A stretch of DNA of 64,000 bases from an uncultured Chloroflexia bacterium (lineage in GTDB: Bacteria > Chloroflexota > Limnocylindria > Limnocylindrales > CSP1-4). The notes beneath the pieces are model-generated. The model saw only the letters and a list, made by a program, of their open reading frames with translations. It was not told the origin of the DNA and made no database searches. Position numbers and translations under genes: made by a program. Numbering within the stretch: position 1 is the first letter of the stretch; each line of letters opens with the position of its first letter. The stretch spans positions 32,001 to 96,000 of the forward strand of contig CAVVNQ010000007.1 of assembly GCA_963749705.1 (NCBI GenBank). The letters are read 5' to 3'. Below, piece by piece: positions 10,432-22,267 of the stretch.

Positions 10432-12882
10432 ATGGCTGCGACCGTCCATCCGGACGTGCGCGTCCCGGCCGTCAGCGACCGGCGATGCGCTCGCGCTCTC
10501 GTCGTCGAGGGCGTGGTCCAGGGTGTCGGCTTCCGACCGTTCGTGTGGCGCCTGGCCACCGAGCTGGACCTGGCCGGGCGGGTCCGGAACGCCGCCGGCC
10601 GCGTCGAGATCGAGGCCGCCGGGGCACCGGCCGCCCTCGATGCGCTGGCTCGACGGCTGCGGTCCGATGCCCCGCCGCGCGCCCGCGTGGAACGCGTCAC
10701 GGTGCGCGACCTGGGCGCCGACGACGACACCCTGCCCCGGCCGTTCGAGATCGTCGAGAGCGTGGGCGCGGCCGGCACGGACCGGCTGTTCCCGCCCGAC
10801 ATCGCGACCTGCGACGCGTGCCTGGCCGAGCTGCGCGATCCGGCGGACCGGCGGTATCGCTATCCGTTCACGAACTGCACCGACTGCGGGCCACGGGCCA
10901 CGATCATCGACCAGCTCCCGTACGACCGATCGCAGACCACGATGCGGGCCTTCCCGCTGTGCCCGGCGTGCGACGCCGAGTACCGGGACCCCGCGGATCG
11001 CCGGTTCCACGCAGAGCCGGTCGCCTGCCCGGACTGCGGACCGAGGCTCGCCTGGCGGCCGACGGGCGCCGCCGCTCCGGTCGCGGCGGGCGACGCGGCC
11101 CTGGCCGCCGCCGTGCGCCTGCTGCTCGACGGCGGGATCGTCGCGGTCAAGGGCCTGGGTGGCTACCAGCTCGCCTGCGACGCGACGAGCGAGGAGGCCG
11201 TGATGCGGCTCCGGGATCGCAAGCGGCGCTGGGCGAAGCCGTTCGCGATCATGGTCCGGGACCTCGGCGCCGCGCGGGTCCTGTGCCGGATCGGGGCGGC
11301 CGAGCGCCGCCTGCTGACGGGACCGGCGCGACCGATCGTGCTCCTCGAGGCCCGGCGCGACGTCCGGCCCGGGCTCGCCCCGACTCTCGCCCCGGCCGTC
11401 GCGGCGGGAAATCGCCGGCTGGGCGTGTTCCTGCCCTGCACGCCGCTCCACCATCTCCTCATGGCCGACCTCGACCGGCCGATCGTGCTCACCTCCGGCA
11501 ACCTCACCGACGAGCCGCTGGCCACCGACGACGCCGACGCCCTGGCCCGCCTGTCGGGCCTCGCCGACGGCTTCCTGGTCCACGACCGCGAGATCCGGGC
11601 GCGGTACGACGACTCGGTCACGCGCGTCGTCGCGGGCCGCGAGTCGATCGTGCGCCGCGCCCGCGGCTACGCCCCGGACCCGGTCGACCTGCCCCTGCCC
11701 ACACCGACACCGCTGCTCGCGGTGGGCGCCGAGCTCAAGCACACGTTCACGCTGGCTCGCGGCGGGCGTGCCCACGTCGCGCCGCATAACGGCGACCTCG
11801 AGGATCTCGCGACCCACCGGGCGTTCACCGACGGGCTCGCCCACCTGTCGCGGCTGCTCTCGCTCGAGCCCGAGGTCGTCGTCCACGACCTCCACCCCGA
11901 GTACCTCTCGACCAAGTACGCGATCGAGCGGTTCCCGCCGTCCCGCCGGATCGCCGTCCAGCACCACCACGCGCACGTCGCCTCGTGCGCCGCCGAGCAC
12001 GGGATCACCGAGCCGGTCCTGGGCGTCGCCTACGACGGCCTGGGCATGGGCGACGACGGGACCCTGTGGGGCGGCGAGCTGCTGCTGGCCGACCTGCGCG
12101 GGTACCGGCGGCTGGCACGGTTCGGCCGGGCCCCGCTGCCCGGCGGCGCGCTCGCGGTCCGGCGGCCGTACCGGATGGCGCTCGGGTACCTGTTCGGCGC
12201 CGAGGCGCTCGACGGACGCGGGGACGTGCCCGGCATCCCGCTCGCCGACGACGCCATCGCCGGGTTCCTCGCCCGCCTCGAGGCCCGCGAGGTCGCGCTC
12301 GTTCGCACCCAGGTCGCGCGGCGGCTCAACGCGCCCGTCGCCTCGTCGGCCGGTCGCCTGTTCGATGCCGCCGCGGCGCTGCTCGGGATCCGCGACATCG
12401 CCGAGTTCGAGGCGCAGGCGGCCGTCGATCTCGAGCTCGCGGCCGGCGACCGGGCCGCCCGATCGCTCCCGTACGCCATCGGGCGGTCGGAGGGGCTGCT
12501 GGTCTACGACCCGCGCCCGACGCTGGCCGCGCTCGTGGTCGCCCGGGCGGGCGGTGCCGCCGTGGCGCCGCTGGCGGCCGCCTTCCAGGAGACGATCGCG
12601 GACGTCACCCGGACGCTCCTGTCCGAGGCACGGGCAGCAACCGGCGTGCGCACCGTGTGCCTGTCGGGCGGCGTGTTCCAGAACCGGCGGCTCGCGTCCA
12701 CGCTGCTCCGGCGGCTGGCGCGCGACGGGTTCGAGGTGTTCATCAATCGACGCGTTCCCGTCAACGACGGCGGGGTGAGCTACGGCCAGGCCGCGATCGG
12801 TGCCGCACGGCTCGGCTCGGCGTCCGGCGCCGCACGGCTCGGATCGGGCGCCGTCCCGACGACCCCGGCGACGGAGGGCTGA
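10432..12882 (+). CDS. hypF: [NiFe]-hydrogenase maturation carbamoyltransferase HypF
   Basis: Acylphosphatase VQGVGFRPFV, two CxxC zinc fingers, KGLGGY, HDLHPEY, QHHHAH, NDGGVSYGQA. Confidence 0.96.
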   Translation: MAATVHPDVRVPAVSDRRCARALVVEGVVQGVGFRPFVWRLATELDLAGRVRNAAGRVEIEAAGAPAALDALARRLRSDAPPRARVERVTVRDLGADDDTLPRPFEIVESVGAAGTDRLFPPDIATCDACLAELRDPADRRYRYPFTNCTDCGPRATIIDQLPYDRSQTTMRAFPLCPACDAEYRDPADRRFHAEPVACPDCGPRLAWRPTGAAAPVAAGDAALAAAVRLLLDGGIVAVKGLGGYQLACDATSEEAVMRLRDRKRRWAKPFAIMVRDLGAARVLCRIGAAERRLLTGPARPIVLLEARRDVRPGLAPTLAPAVAAGNRRLGVFLPCTPLHHLLMADLDRPIVLTSGNLTDEPLATDDADALARLSGLADGFLVHDREIRARYDDSVTRVVAGRESIVRRARGYAPDPVDLPLPTPTPLLAVGAELKHTFTLARGGRAHVAPHNGDLEDLATHRAFTDGLAHLSRLLSLEPEVVVHDLHPEYLSTKYAIERFPPSRRIAVQHHHAHVASCAAEHGITEPVLGVAYDGLGMGDDGTLWGGELLLADLRGYRRLARFGRAPLPGGALAVRRPYRMALGYLFGAEALDGRGDVPGIPLADDAIAGFLARLEAREVALVRTQVARRLNAPVASSAGRLFDAAAALLGIRDIAEFEAQAAVDLELAAGDRAARSLPYAIGRSEGLLVYDPRPTLAALVVARAGGAAVAPLAAAFQETIADVTRTLLSEARAATGVRTVCLSGGVFQNRRLASTLLRRLARDGFEVFINRRVPVNDGGVSYGQAAIGAARLGSASGAARLGSGAVPTTPATEG

Positions 12883-12886
12883 TCGG

Positions 12887-13233
12887 ATGTGTCTCGGCAT
12901 CCCGGGCAGGGTCACGGAGATCCATGACGAGGCGGGGCTCGCCATGGGCAGGGTCGACTTCGGCGGCGTCCGCAAGGAGGCCTGCCTGGCATACCTGCCC
13001 GACGTCGCTCCCGGCGACTACGTGATCGTCCACGTCGGCTTCGCGATCTCGAAGGTGGACGAGGCGGAGGCGCTCAAGACGCTCGAGATCCTGGCGACGA
13101 TGGGCGTGGTCGAGCCGGAGCTGATGACGATGGGGCCGGGCATGGCGGAGCCCGCGGTGGTGTCCGACGAGGTGGCCGGCGACGCGAACCCGCTGGACCA
13201 CGCGCCCCGGCCGGCAACGAACGGCGGGTCGTC

Positions 13234-13237
<4 letters not shown>
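12887..13237 (+). CDS. hypC: Hydrogenase assembly chaperone HypC/HupF
   Basis: MCLGIPG start, [26 protein letters not shown]; has a C-terminal extension. Confidence 0.95.
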
Positions 13238-14405
<1,168 letters not shown>

Positions 14406-14409
<4 letters not shown>

Positions 14410-15497
14410 CCTCGTCGAGTGAGCCTCGGATCGCGATCGACGCCACCGTCGACGCCACCGGCGCCGTCTGCCCGGCGCCGATCCCGGAGGACCAGCGCGT
14501 GATCCTCGGGCACGGCTCCGGCGGGCAGCTGTCGAACGCCCTGATGCGTGACCTGCTGGTGCCCGCGCTGGCCGTTGCCGCGCCCGGCGGCCCGCTCAAC
14601 GACGCGGCCGTGGTCGAGGTCGCCGGCACGCGCGTCGCGTTCACCACCGACTCGTTCGTGGTGTCGCCGATCCGGTTCCCGGGCGGCGACATCGGGGAGC
14701 TGGCCGTCAACGGCACCGTCAACGACCTCGCGATGATGGGCGCCCAGCCGCTCGCGCTCAGCCTCGCCTACGTGATCGAGGAAGGGCTGCCGCTCGAGGA
14801 GCTGCGCGCGATCACGGCGTCCGCGGCCGCCGCGGCTGCCCGGGCCGGCGCGAGCATCGTGACCGGCGACACCAAGGTCGTCGGGCGGGGCGCCGCGGAC
14901 CGGCTGTTCGTCAACACCTCCGGGATCGGGCTCGTCCCCGACGGCGTCAGCCTTTCGGCGGACCGGGCGCAGCCGGGCGATGCCGTCATCCTGTCGGGCC
15001 CGATCGGCCTCCACGGCGTCGCGATCATGAGCGTCCGCGAGGGGCTCGAGTTCGAGGTCGAGATCGCGTCGGACACCCAGGCGCTCAACGTGCTCGTTGC
15101 TGCGATCCTCGCCGTTGAGCCGGACGTCCGGGTGCTGCGGGACCCGACGCGCGGCGGCCTGTCATCCGCGCTCAACGAGATCGCCGCCGCGTCCCGCGTG
15201 GGCATGGTCCTCGACGAGCCGGCGATCCCGGTCCCGGGGCCCGTCCGCGCCGCCTGCGAGCTCCTTGGGCTGGATCCGCTCCACGTCGCCAACGAGGGCA
15301 AGCTGGTGGCCATCGTGCCGGCGGCCTCGGCGGACGCGGTGCTCGCGGCGATGCGTGTCCTCCCCGAGGGCGCCGAGGCCGCCACGATCGGGAGCATCGT
15401 GGCCGACCACCCGGGCATGGTCACGATCCGTACGATCGTCGGCAGCGAGCGCATCGTGGACATGCTGGTCGGGGAGCAGCTGCCCCGGATCTGCTGA
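14406..15497 (+). CDS. hypE: Hydrogenase maturation dehydratase HypE
   Basis: [32 protein letters not shown] and C-terminal LPRIC. Confidence 0.96.
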
Positions 15498-15524
15498 TCG
15501 GGCGAAGCCCCGAGCCGGGCCGGG

Positions 15525-15947
15525 TCAATGGCTGGGGCGATCCCCGTGGTCGCGGGTCTCGTACAGCTTGGACACGACTCGTCCCATGCCGTAGCCGATG
15601 GTCACGGGGGCGGAGAACCAGATCGCGGCGAGCACGCCCGAGATCGGGTCCAGCGGCACCGGTCGTCCGACGCCGAACGAGAGGAACAGGATCAGGATCA
15701 TCCCAAGCAGGACGCCGATCAGCACGACCATCAGGCCCGTCCAGCCACGCGTGATCAGCCCTGCGGTGCCGCCGCCCAGCAGCAGCAGGATGGGCGAGAT
15801 CACGACGGCGGTCATCGCGCAATCGCTGTTGAACCCCTGGCCGACGCACCCGAGGTTGGCGCCCCCGAACACCGCCAGCGGGCAGGCGATGGTCGCGATC
15901 AGGAGCGCGGCGACGTCCCGTGCCCCGCTGTAACGCACCGGTTCCAT
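15525..15947 (-). CDS. Hypothetical membrane protein (~4 TM)
   Basis: MEPVRYSGARDVAALLIA..., hydrophobic helices, GAGGAGG RBS. Confidence 0.7.
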   Translation of the reverse strand: MEPVRYSGARDVAALLIATIACPLAVFGGANLGCVGQGFNSDCAMTAVVISPILLLLGGGTAGLITRGWTGLMVVLIGVLLGMILILFLSFGVGRPVPLDPISGVLAAIWFSAPVTIGYGMGRVVSKLYETRDHGDRPSH

Positions 15948-16051
15948 GCGTCCCTCCTCTGCGTCACCAATGATGCGCTGACCGGGCGGCCCCGGGAAGG
16001 GCTTTGCGGGCGATGCATGATGCCCGGCCGTGGGGATGTGCGGTCGATGCG

Positions 16052-16082
16052 CCGAGGCCCCTCCGTTCGGGAGGGGCCTCGG
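16052..16082 (-). terminator. GC-rich hairpin downstream of the NCS1 gene
   Basis: Perfect 13-bp stem CCGAGGCCCCTCC/GGAGGGGCCTCGG with a 5-nt loop; no clear U-tract. Confidence 0.55.
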
Positions 16083-16123
16083 ACCGTTTGCAGCCTTTCG
16101 CGCCGGCGAAGCCGGCCGCGAGG

Positions 16124-17686
16124 TCAGGCGGTCTGCTCCGCCATCCGGGGCCGGTCGAGCACGTACGACAGCGCGTAGTACAGGGCTCCGGACACGATCA
16201 GGCCGACCACCCAGCTGTAGTCGTAGAGCGACTTCAGGACCGGGATGATGCCGTCGGCCGGGAACGGCTGGCCACCGGGGTTGGAGTACGCCCCGCCGAT
16301 CGCGAAGAAGATGCCGACGAGGAGCGAGACGACCGCGATCCAGTTCCAGCCACGGACGTAGCGATACACGCCCGAAGGCCGGTACAGGTCGGCCAGCTTG
16401 AGCTTGGTGCGACGCACCAGCCAGTAGTCGACGATCAGGACGCCGGCGATGGCGCCGGTGGCGCCGCCGTAGGTGCCCAGCCACGTGAAGATGTAGGCGT
16501 TGGGGTCGTTGAGCAGGTTCCAGGGCTGGATCACGATGCCGACGATGCCCGTGATGATGCCGCCGGTCCGGAACGAGATCATCCGCGGCCAGACGTTCGA
16601 GAAGTCGTACGACGGGCTCACGACGTTGGCCGCGACGTTCGTGGTCAGCGTTGCGAGCGCGAGGGTCGCGAGCATGATGATCAGGACGATGGGGTTGTCC
16701 AGCCGGCTCGTCAGGGCGACCGGGTCCCAGATCGCCTCACCGTAGACGACGACCGTCGCCGACGTGGTCAGGACGCCGACCAGCGGGAACAGGGTCATCG
16801 TGGTCGGCAGCCCAAGGGCCTGGCCGTAGGCCTGGTCACGCTGGCTGCGGCCGAACCGGGTGAAGTCGGGCATGTTGAGCGACAGGGTGGACCAGAACGC
16901 GATCATGCCCATCAGCGAGATCGGGAAGATGGCCCAGAAGCCGCTGCCCCAGCCGAGGGTGCCCGGCTCCTGGACGACGCTGCCGAAGTCGCCGGCCTGC
17001 GCGATCATCCAGACCATGAGGCCCAGGAACACGACGATCAGGAACGGGGCGGCCCAGCTCTCGAACCTCTTGATCGCTTCCATGCCCCACAGGATGACGA
17101 TCATGTTCAGGGCCCAGAACACGGCGAAGCTCAGCCACAGGGTCCACGGCTGGGCAGCCGCGACGCCGAAGCCGATCGAGATCTTGTCCGCGGTCATCCA
17201 CCAGGAGTCGCTGCCCAGCAGGGCCCCGACCACGGCGAACAGCGCCGATCCGCCGATCCACGTCTGGATCCCGAACCAGGCGCAGGCGACGAGGGCCCGG
17301 ATGAGCGCCGGCAGGTTGGCGCCGACGACGCCGAACGACGCGCGCGCGATCACCGGGTAGGGGATGCCGTACTTGGTCCCGGCATGGCTGATCAACAGCA
17401 TCGGGACGAGGACGATGAGGTTGCCCAGGAAGATCGTCATGATCGCCTGGGTCCACGACATCCCGAGGGCGATCAGGCCGGAGGCCAGCAGCCAGCTCGG
17501 GATGTTGATGGACATGCCCACCCACAGCGCGAGGTAGTTGTAGGTGCTCCAGTTCCGCCGGCTGATCGGGACCGGGGCAAGGTCCGCGTTGTGCAGCGGG
17601 TACTGATCGAGGCTGCGATCCACGTCGGCGTTCAGCTCGATTCGGCCGTCCGAGAGGATGTTCTGCTCTGCCGAAGCTAGTGCCAT
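16124..17686 (-). CDS. NCS1 family nucleobase:cation symporter (uracil/hydantoin/allantoin permease)
   Basis: LWVGMSINIPSW, GTKYGIPYPV..RASFG, WFGIQTW, LNMPDFTRF, NVAANVVSP, QPW; divergent from the pyrimidine-catabolism genes. Confidence 0.93.
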   Translation of the reverse strand: MALASAEQNILSDGRIELNADVDRSLDQYPLHNADLAPVPISRRNWSTYNYLALWVGMSINIPSWLLASGLIALGMSWTQAIMTIFLGNLIVLVPMLLISHAGTKYGIPYPVIARASFGVVGANLPALIRALVACAWFGIQTWIGGSALFAVVGALLGSDSWWMTADKISIGFGVAAAQPWTLWLSFAVFWALNMIVILWGMEAIKRFESWAAPFLIVVFLGLMVWMIAQAGDFGSVVQEPGTLGWGSGFWAIFPISLMGMIAFWSTLSLNMPDFTRFGRSQRDQAYGQALGLPTTMTLFPLVGVLTTSATVVVYGEAIWDPVALTSRLDNPIVLIIMLATLALATLTTNVAANVVSPSYDFSNVWPRMISFRTGGIITGIVGIVIQPWNLLNDPNAYIFTWLGTYGGATGAIAGVLIVDYWLVRRTKLKLADLYRPSGVYRYVRGWNWIAVVSLLVGIFFAIGGAYSNPGGQPFPADGIIPVLKSLYDYSWVVGLIVSGALYYALSYVLDRPRMAEQTA

Positions 17687-18180
17687 GTGCCTCCCTCCGC
17701 GAAGTTGGACAACGGTTCAGGAACCGCTCGCTGGCTGTGCGTACGCCCCCCAGGCCGTACGAGCAGCCGGGATCGTCGTCGCTGGGCACCTCCCTCGGGT
17801 CGATCCCTCCGGTCCACCCGTGATCCGGTTCCATCCCCAATGGGCGTAGTTTGCTCCGCCCGCGCGCCGGGTCAAGCCGCACGCGGCACCCGCGTTCCGG
17901 ATACGCATCGACGCGGACCGGTTGCGAGCTGGTAATGGCCGATTACAGCACCCCCGGCTGAGGCCGGCAGAGGGCCTGAGGTCCCGAGAATCACCCCCCC
18001 TTCGGGCCTGTGCGTCATTCGCCGATGACGCCATGGGCCCAGCGCACGGGTCACGAACCGACAGGCCCGGGTCCTTCGGGGATTCCGGCTCATGCCGGTG
18101 CCACGCATGAAGCGCGAGGCTTGGAGGCCATTGGCGGTGGCCGCGTCGAGCCACCCCGTTCTCGCATTGGAGAGGAACCC

Positions 18181-19029
18181 ATGCCCCGTATCGTCCGAGG
18201 CGCGCTCCTGCAGGCAACCTGGACCGGCGACAAGGAGTCGATGATCCAGAAGCACGAGGGCTACGCGCACGAGGCGGCCAAGCAAGGCGCCCAGGTGATG
18301 CTGTTCCAGGAGCTGTTCTACGGCCCCTACTTCTGCCAGGTGCAGGAGCCCAGCTACTACAGCTACACCGAGCTCATCCCCGACGGCCCCACGACCAAGC
18401 GCATGCAGGCGCTGGCCAAGGAGACGGGCATGGTCCTGGTGGTGCCGATGTACGAGGAGGACGGCACGGCCTCGGGCATCTACTACAACACCGCGGCCGT
18501 GATCGATGCCGACGGGTCGTACCTGGGCAAGTACCGCAAGACCCACATCCCGCACGTGAAGGGGTTCTGGGAGAAGTACTACTTCCGCCCGGGCAACCTC
18601 GGCTACCCGGTGTTCTCGACCGCGGTGGGCAAGGTGGGCGTGTACATCTGCTACGACCGCCACTTCCCCGAGGGTGCCCGGGCGCTGGGGCTCAACGGGG
18701 CCGAGATGGTGTTCATCCCGAGTGCCACCAGCCGCGGCCTGTCCGAGTACCTGTGGCGGGTGGAGCAGATCAGCCACGCCGTCGCCAACGGCTACTTCGT
18801 GGGCACCATCAACCGGGTGGGCATCGAGCCATTGGGCGATGACGACTTCTACGGCCAGAGCTACTTCGCCGATCCGCGGGGCCAGATCATCGGCGGTGCC
18901 GGCTCCGCGCACGACGAGGAGCTGATCATCCGCGACATGGACCTCGACCTCGTGACCGAGGTCCGCCAGACCTGGCAGTTCTACCGCGACCGCCGTCCCG
19001 ACCAGTACGGGGACCTGGTCCGACCCTGA
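18181..19029 (+). CDS. Nitrilase-family beta-ureidopropionase (N-carbamoyl-beta-alanine amidohydrolase)
   Basis: E-K-C triad motifs QELF, YRKTHIP and ICYDRHFPE; ends FYRDRRPD; adjacent to dihydropyrimidinase. Confidence 0.9.
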   Translation: MPRIVRGALLQATWTGDKESMIQKHEGYAHEAAKQGAQVMLFQELFYGPYFCQVQEPSYYSYTELIPDGPTTKRMQALAKETGMVLVVPMYEEDGTASGIYYNTAAVIDADGSYLGKYRKTHIPHVKGFWEKYYFRPGNLGYPVFSTAVGKVGVYICYDRHFPEGARALGLNGAEMVFIPSATSRGLSEYLWRVEQISHAVANGYFVGTINRVGIEPLGDDDFYGQSYFADPRGQIIGGAGSAHDEELIIRDMDLDLVTEVRQTWQFYRDRRPDQYGDLVRP

Positions 19030-19044
19030 CATCGCAATTCGCCA

Positions 19045-19086
19045 CGTCACCGGGAGCCGGCACGGCGCCCCCCGGCTCCGGTGACG
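19045..19086 (+). repeat. Intergenic stem-loop
   Basis: CGTCACCGGGAGCCGG / CCGGCTCCGGTGACG with one bulge, between the nitrilase gene and hydA. Confidence 0.5.
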
Positions 19087-19151
19087 CCACGTGACACGGC
19101 CGCGAGCGAAGCGGCATCCTGTCCACTGACCCGAAGTCCCGAGGAGGAACG

Positions 19152-20534
19152 ATGCGTACGCTCATCAAGGGAGGCACCATCGTCAACGCCGACGCCACCG
19201 GCGCCGGCGACGTGCTCGTCGATGGCGAGCGGATCGCGCTGATCGGCGAGCGCCTAGATGTCGAGGCCGACCAGACGATCGATGCCAGCGGCAAGTGGGT
19301 GATCCCGGGCGGGATCGACCCCCACACGCACATGGAGCTGCCGTTCGGCGGCACCTTCGCCAAGGACACGTTCGAGACCGGCAGCCGCGCGGCGGCGTTC
19401 GGTGGCACGACCACGATCATCGACTTCGCCGTCCAGCCGCGGGGCGGGTCGTTCCGCGACGGCCTCGCCACGTGGCACGAGAAGGCCGACGGCAAGACCT
19501 GCATCGACTACGCGTTCCACGTGATCGTGTCCGACATGCGCGACGAGCTGCTGCCCGAGATGGACGAGCTGGTCGACGAGGGCGTCACCACGTTCAAGCT
19601 GTTCACCGCCTACCCGGGCGTGTTCCTCAGCGGCGACGACGCGATCTTCAAGGCGATGAAGCAGACCGCCAAGAACGGCGGCATGATCCTGATGCATGCC
19701 GAGAACGGCCCCGTCATCGACGTGGTCGCGGCCGAGCTGGTGGCGCAGGGCGTCACCGACCCGATCGGGCATGGGCTCGCCCGCTACTCGATCTTCGAGG
19801 CCGAGGCGACCCACCGGCTGATCCGGCTGGCCCAGGCCGCAAAGGCGCCCGTGTACTTCGTCCACATGTCCGCAAGGGAGGCGCTCGACGCGCTCCGCCA
19901 GGCGCAGAACGAGGGCCTGCCGGCGTTTGCCGAGACGTGCCCGCAGTACCTGTACCTGTCGCTCGCGGACATCGACCAGGGCTTCGAGGGCTCCAAGTTC
20001 GTCTGCTCGCCCCCGCTCCGCGACCGGGCCGCCGGCCACCAGGAGGAGCTCTGGAAGGGGCTGATCAAGGGCAACCTGTCAGCCGTCGGCACGGACCACT
20101 GCCCGTTCGACTTCCACGGCCAGAAGGAGCTCGGCCGGGGCGACTTCCGCAAGATCCCCAACGGCCTGCCCGGCGTCGAGGAGCGGGTCGACCTCATCCA
20201 CCAGGGTGTCGTCGACGGCCGGATCACGCCCAACCGCTTCGTGGAGATCACCTCCACGGGCGCCGCGCGGCTGTTCGGCCTGACCAGGAAGGGCGCGATC
20301 GCCGCCGGCTACGACGCCGACATCGTGGTCTACGACCCCGACCGGAAGCACACCCTCAGCGCGAGCACGCACCACATGGACGTGGACTACTCGTGCTACG
20401 AGGGCCTCGAGGTCCAGGGTGGCTCCGACGTGGTCATGAGCCGCGGCAAGGTCATCGTCGATCACGGCCAGTGGCTGGGCAAGGCCGGGGACGGCAAGTT
20501 CGTCAAGCGGGAGCGCAGCATCTTCGTGCGCTGA
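19152..20534 (+). CDS. hydA: Dihydropyrimidinase (D-hydantoinase)
   Basis: PGGIDPHTH, GGTTTIIDF, FKLF, HAENG, ETCPQYL, SPPLR, TDHCPF, IPNGLPGVEER. Confidence 0.95.
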   Translation: MRTLIKGGTIVNADATGAGDVLVDGERIALIGERLDVEADQTIDASGKWVIPGGIDPHTHMELPFGGTFAKDTFETGSRAAAFGGTTTIIDFAVQPRGGSFRDGLATWHEKADGKTCIDYAFHVIVSDMRDELLPEMDELVDEGVTTFKLFTAYPGVFLSGDDAIFKAMKQTAKNGGMILMHAENGPVIDVVAAELVAQGVTDPIGHGLARYSIFEAEATHRLIRLAQAAKAPVYFVHMSAREALDALRQAQNEGLPAFAETCPQYLYLSLADIDQGFEGSKFVCSPPLRDRAAGHQEELWKGLIKGNLSAVGTDHCPFDFHGQKELGRGDFRKIPNGLPGVEERVDLIHQGVVDGRITPNRFVEITSTGAARLFGLTRKGAIAAGYDADIVVYDPDRKHTLSASTHHMDVDYSCYEGLEVQGGSDVVMSRGKVIVDHGQWLGKAGDGKFVKRERSIFVR

Positions 20535-20600
20535 CCGCCCGTCCCCGACACGCACGGCGGCCCGGGAGCGAACGCTCCCGGGCCGCCTGATTCGCGGGGG
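20526..20600 (+). repeat. Left direct repeat, including the hydA 3' end and a terminator-like hairpin
   Basis: GTGCGCTGACCGCCCGTCCCCGACACGCACG (20526-20556) and GCCTGATTCGCGGGGG (20585-20600) both recur at 22268-22313. Confidence 0.85.
20556..20587 (+). terminator. Hairpin after hydA
   Basis: Perfect inverted repeat GGCGGCCCGGGAGCG-AA-CGCTCCCGGGCCGCC. Confidence 0.65.
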
Positions 20601-20665
20601 ACGGGGTCAACGCCGAACAACGCGCGGGACGTCGCCCGAACGCGTATCGTCATGGGCGTGGCCTG

Positions 20666-21562
20666 TTGCCGCAGCGCCCGGCGATCCGCGCCGGCACCAT
20701 CGCGAGGCTCCCCTTGCCCCGGTTCGTCCGCCCGCTGCTCCTCCTGTCCGCTGCCCTGGTCCTGACGGCCGTGTTCGGGTTGGTTGTGTGGAGCCGCGCC
20801 CAGGCCGGTCCTGACGATGCGCCGCCGCTGCCCGCCATGGTCGATCCGCTGCTCCCCGACCTGGTCATGGCGCCGATCGAGGACATCGGCATCACGGTCA
20901 CCGGCGTTGGTGCCCGCAGGCTCCGGTTCTCCGCGATGTTCGTCAACATCGGCGAGGGCGACTTCCTGATCCGCGCCGACCGGACGTTTCCGTTGCTCGA
21001 CGACTGGAAGGCCGTGCAGCTGATCGATGAACGAGGAGGCGGGCACACCGAGCACGACACCGGTGCAAGCCTCGTCTACGGTGGTGATGGGCACTTCCAT
21101 TTCCACGTCCGAGAGTCGGAGCGCCATGTCCTGGAGACCCTCGACGGTGCGCCGATCGCCACGGTCGTGAAGCAGGGCTTCTGCTTCTTCGATACCGACC
21201 TCATCGACCCGGATCTGCCAGGCGCACCGGCCGCACCCGCGTATGACTCCAAGGCGTGTGGATCGCGCCTCGCCGTCCGATCGCGAATGGGCCTGTCCGT
21301 CGGCTGGGGCGACAAGTACCCCTGGAACATGCTCCAGCAGAACATCGACGTCACGGACCTGCCGGACGGAACGTATCGGATCCGGGAGACGGCGGACCCG
21401 TTCAACGACTTCATCGAGGCGGACGAGTCGAACAACGACGTGTGGGCCGAGATCCGGATCACGACGGTTGACAGGTTTCCGCAGCTCGAGGTCGTGGCCC
21501 GCAGCCCGAGCGTGCTGACGTTGCGGGAGTCGCCGAGCCCGGGGATCACCCCGACGCCTTGA
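20666..21562 (+). CDS. Lysyl oxidase (LOX) family protein, exported or membrane-anchored
   Basis: LLPDL, LRFS, Cu-binding HFHFH, KQGFC (LTQ Lys position), GLSVGWGDKY (LTQ Tyr position), QNIDVTDLPDGTY, ESNN; N-terminal signal/TM ending AQA. The start may be TTG 20714. Confidence 0.82.
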   Translation: MPQRPAIRAGTIARLPLPRFVRPLLLLSAALVLTAVFGLVVWSRAQAGPDDAPPLPAMVDPLLPDLVMAPIEDIGITVTGVGARRLRFSAMFVNIGEGDFLIRADRTFPLLDDWKAVQLIDERGGGHTEHDTGASLVYGGDGHFHFHVRESERHVLETLDGAPIATVVKQGFCFFDTDLIDPDLPGAPAAPAYDSKACGSRLAVRSRMGLSVGWGDKYPWNMLQQNIDVTDLPDGTYRIRETADPFNDFIEADESNNDVWAEIRITTVDRFPQLEVVARSPSVLTLRESPSPGITPTP

Positions 21563-21773
21563 GGGGGATCAGCCCGACCCCGTCGGGCGGACTTTCGCCG
21601 CCTGCGAGTGGTTCCCGTTCGCCGGCAACAATCCGGTGCGCCCTGGCAACACCTCGCCCGGCGCCCCGCACGCGAGGGCCGGAAGTCCTGAGAATCGGAG
21701 TACCAATGGCTGTCGCTTTCGGTTAAGGTCCGTGGACGGGGAGTCCATCTAATGTCGTGGAGGGAAGGGCCGA

Positions 21774-22181
21774 ATGAAGAAGCGCCTGCTGCTGTTGCCT
21801 GTCGCGCTGATGCTGTTGGCGCTGGTTGGCGTCCCGTCGGCGTCAGCGAGCCTGACGAGCGTCGAGTCCGGTGTCGGCAACCCGTCCTGTACCGGGTTCA
21901 AGATCGACCCCGTTGCCGACGGCACCTACTACTTTGACGGCGCATGGTTCACCATTGACGTCTACCAGACCGCCAACGGGCCGGAATTCGACTGGTCGTC
22001 CAACTACGTCGTCACCAGCGTCACGGTCAAGGGTGGTCCCGAGTACAACCTGTACATCTACTCCGGCGATGAGTCTGGCACGGGGCTGCACTCACCGATC
22101 AACTACAAGAACCCGCACCACTTCTGGTACGGCCTCAGTCACCTGTGCTTCGAGGCATCGAAGAAGGAGCCCGCCAAGTAG
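21774..22181 (+). CDS. Small secreted protein (signal peptide, two Cys)
   Basis: MKKRLLLLPVALMLLALVGVPSASA signal peptide; VTVKGG...NLYIY...GLHSPIN...LSHLCF; GAGG RBS. Confidence 0.8.
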   Translation: MKKRLLLLPVALMLLALVGVPSASASLTSVESGVGNPSCTGFKIDPVADGTYYFDGAWFTIDVYQTANGPEFDWSSNYVVTSVTVKGGPEYNLYIYSGDESGTGLHSPINYKNPHHFWYGLSHLCFEASKKEPAK

Positions 22182-22207
22182 GGAGCGGCCCACCAACGCT
22201 GCGCAGC

Positions 22208-22237
22208 ACGACGCCGCGGCCACCGCCGCGGCGTCGT
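22208..22237 (+). terminator. Hairpin after the secreted-protein gene
   Basis: Perfect 13-bp stem ACGACGCCGCGGC/GCCGCGGCGTCGT with loop CACC. Confidence 0.6.
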
Positions 22238-22267
22238 CATGTCTCGGGTGCGGTCTTGCAATTCAGG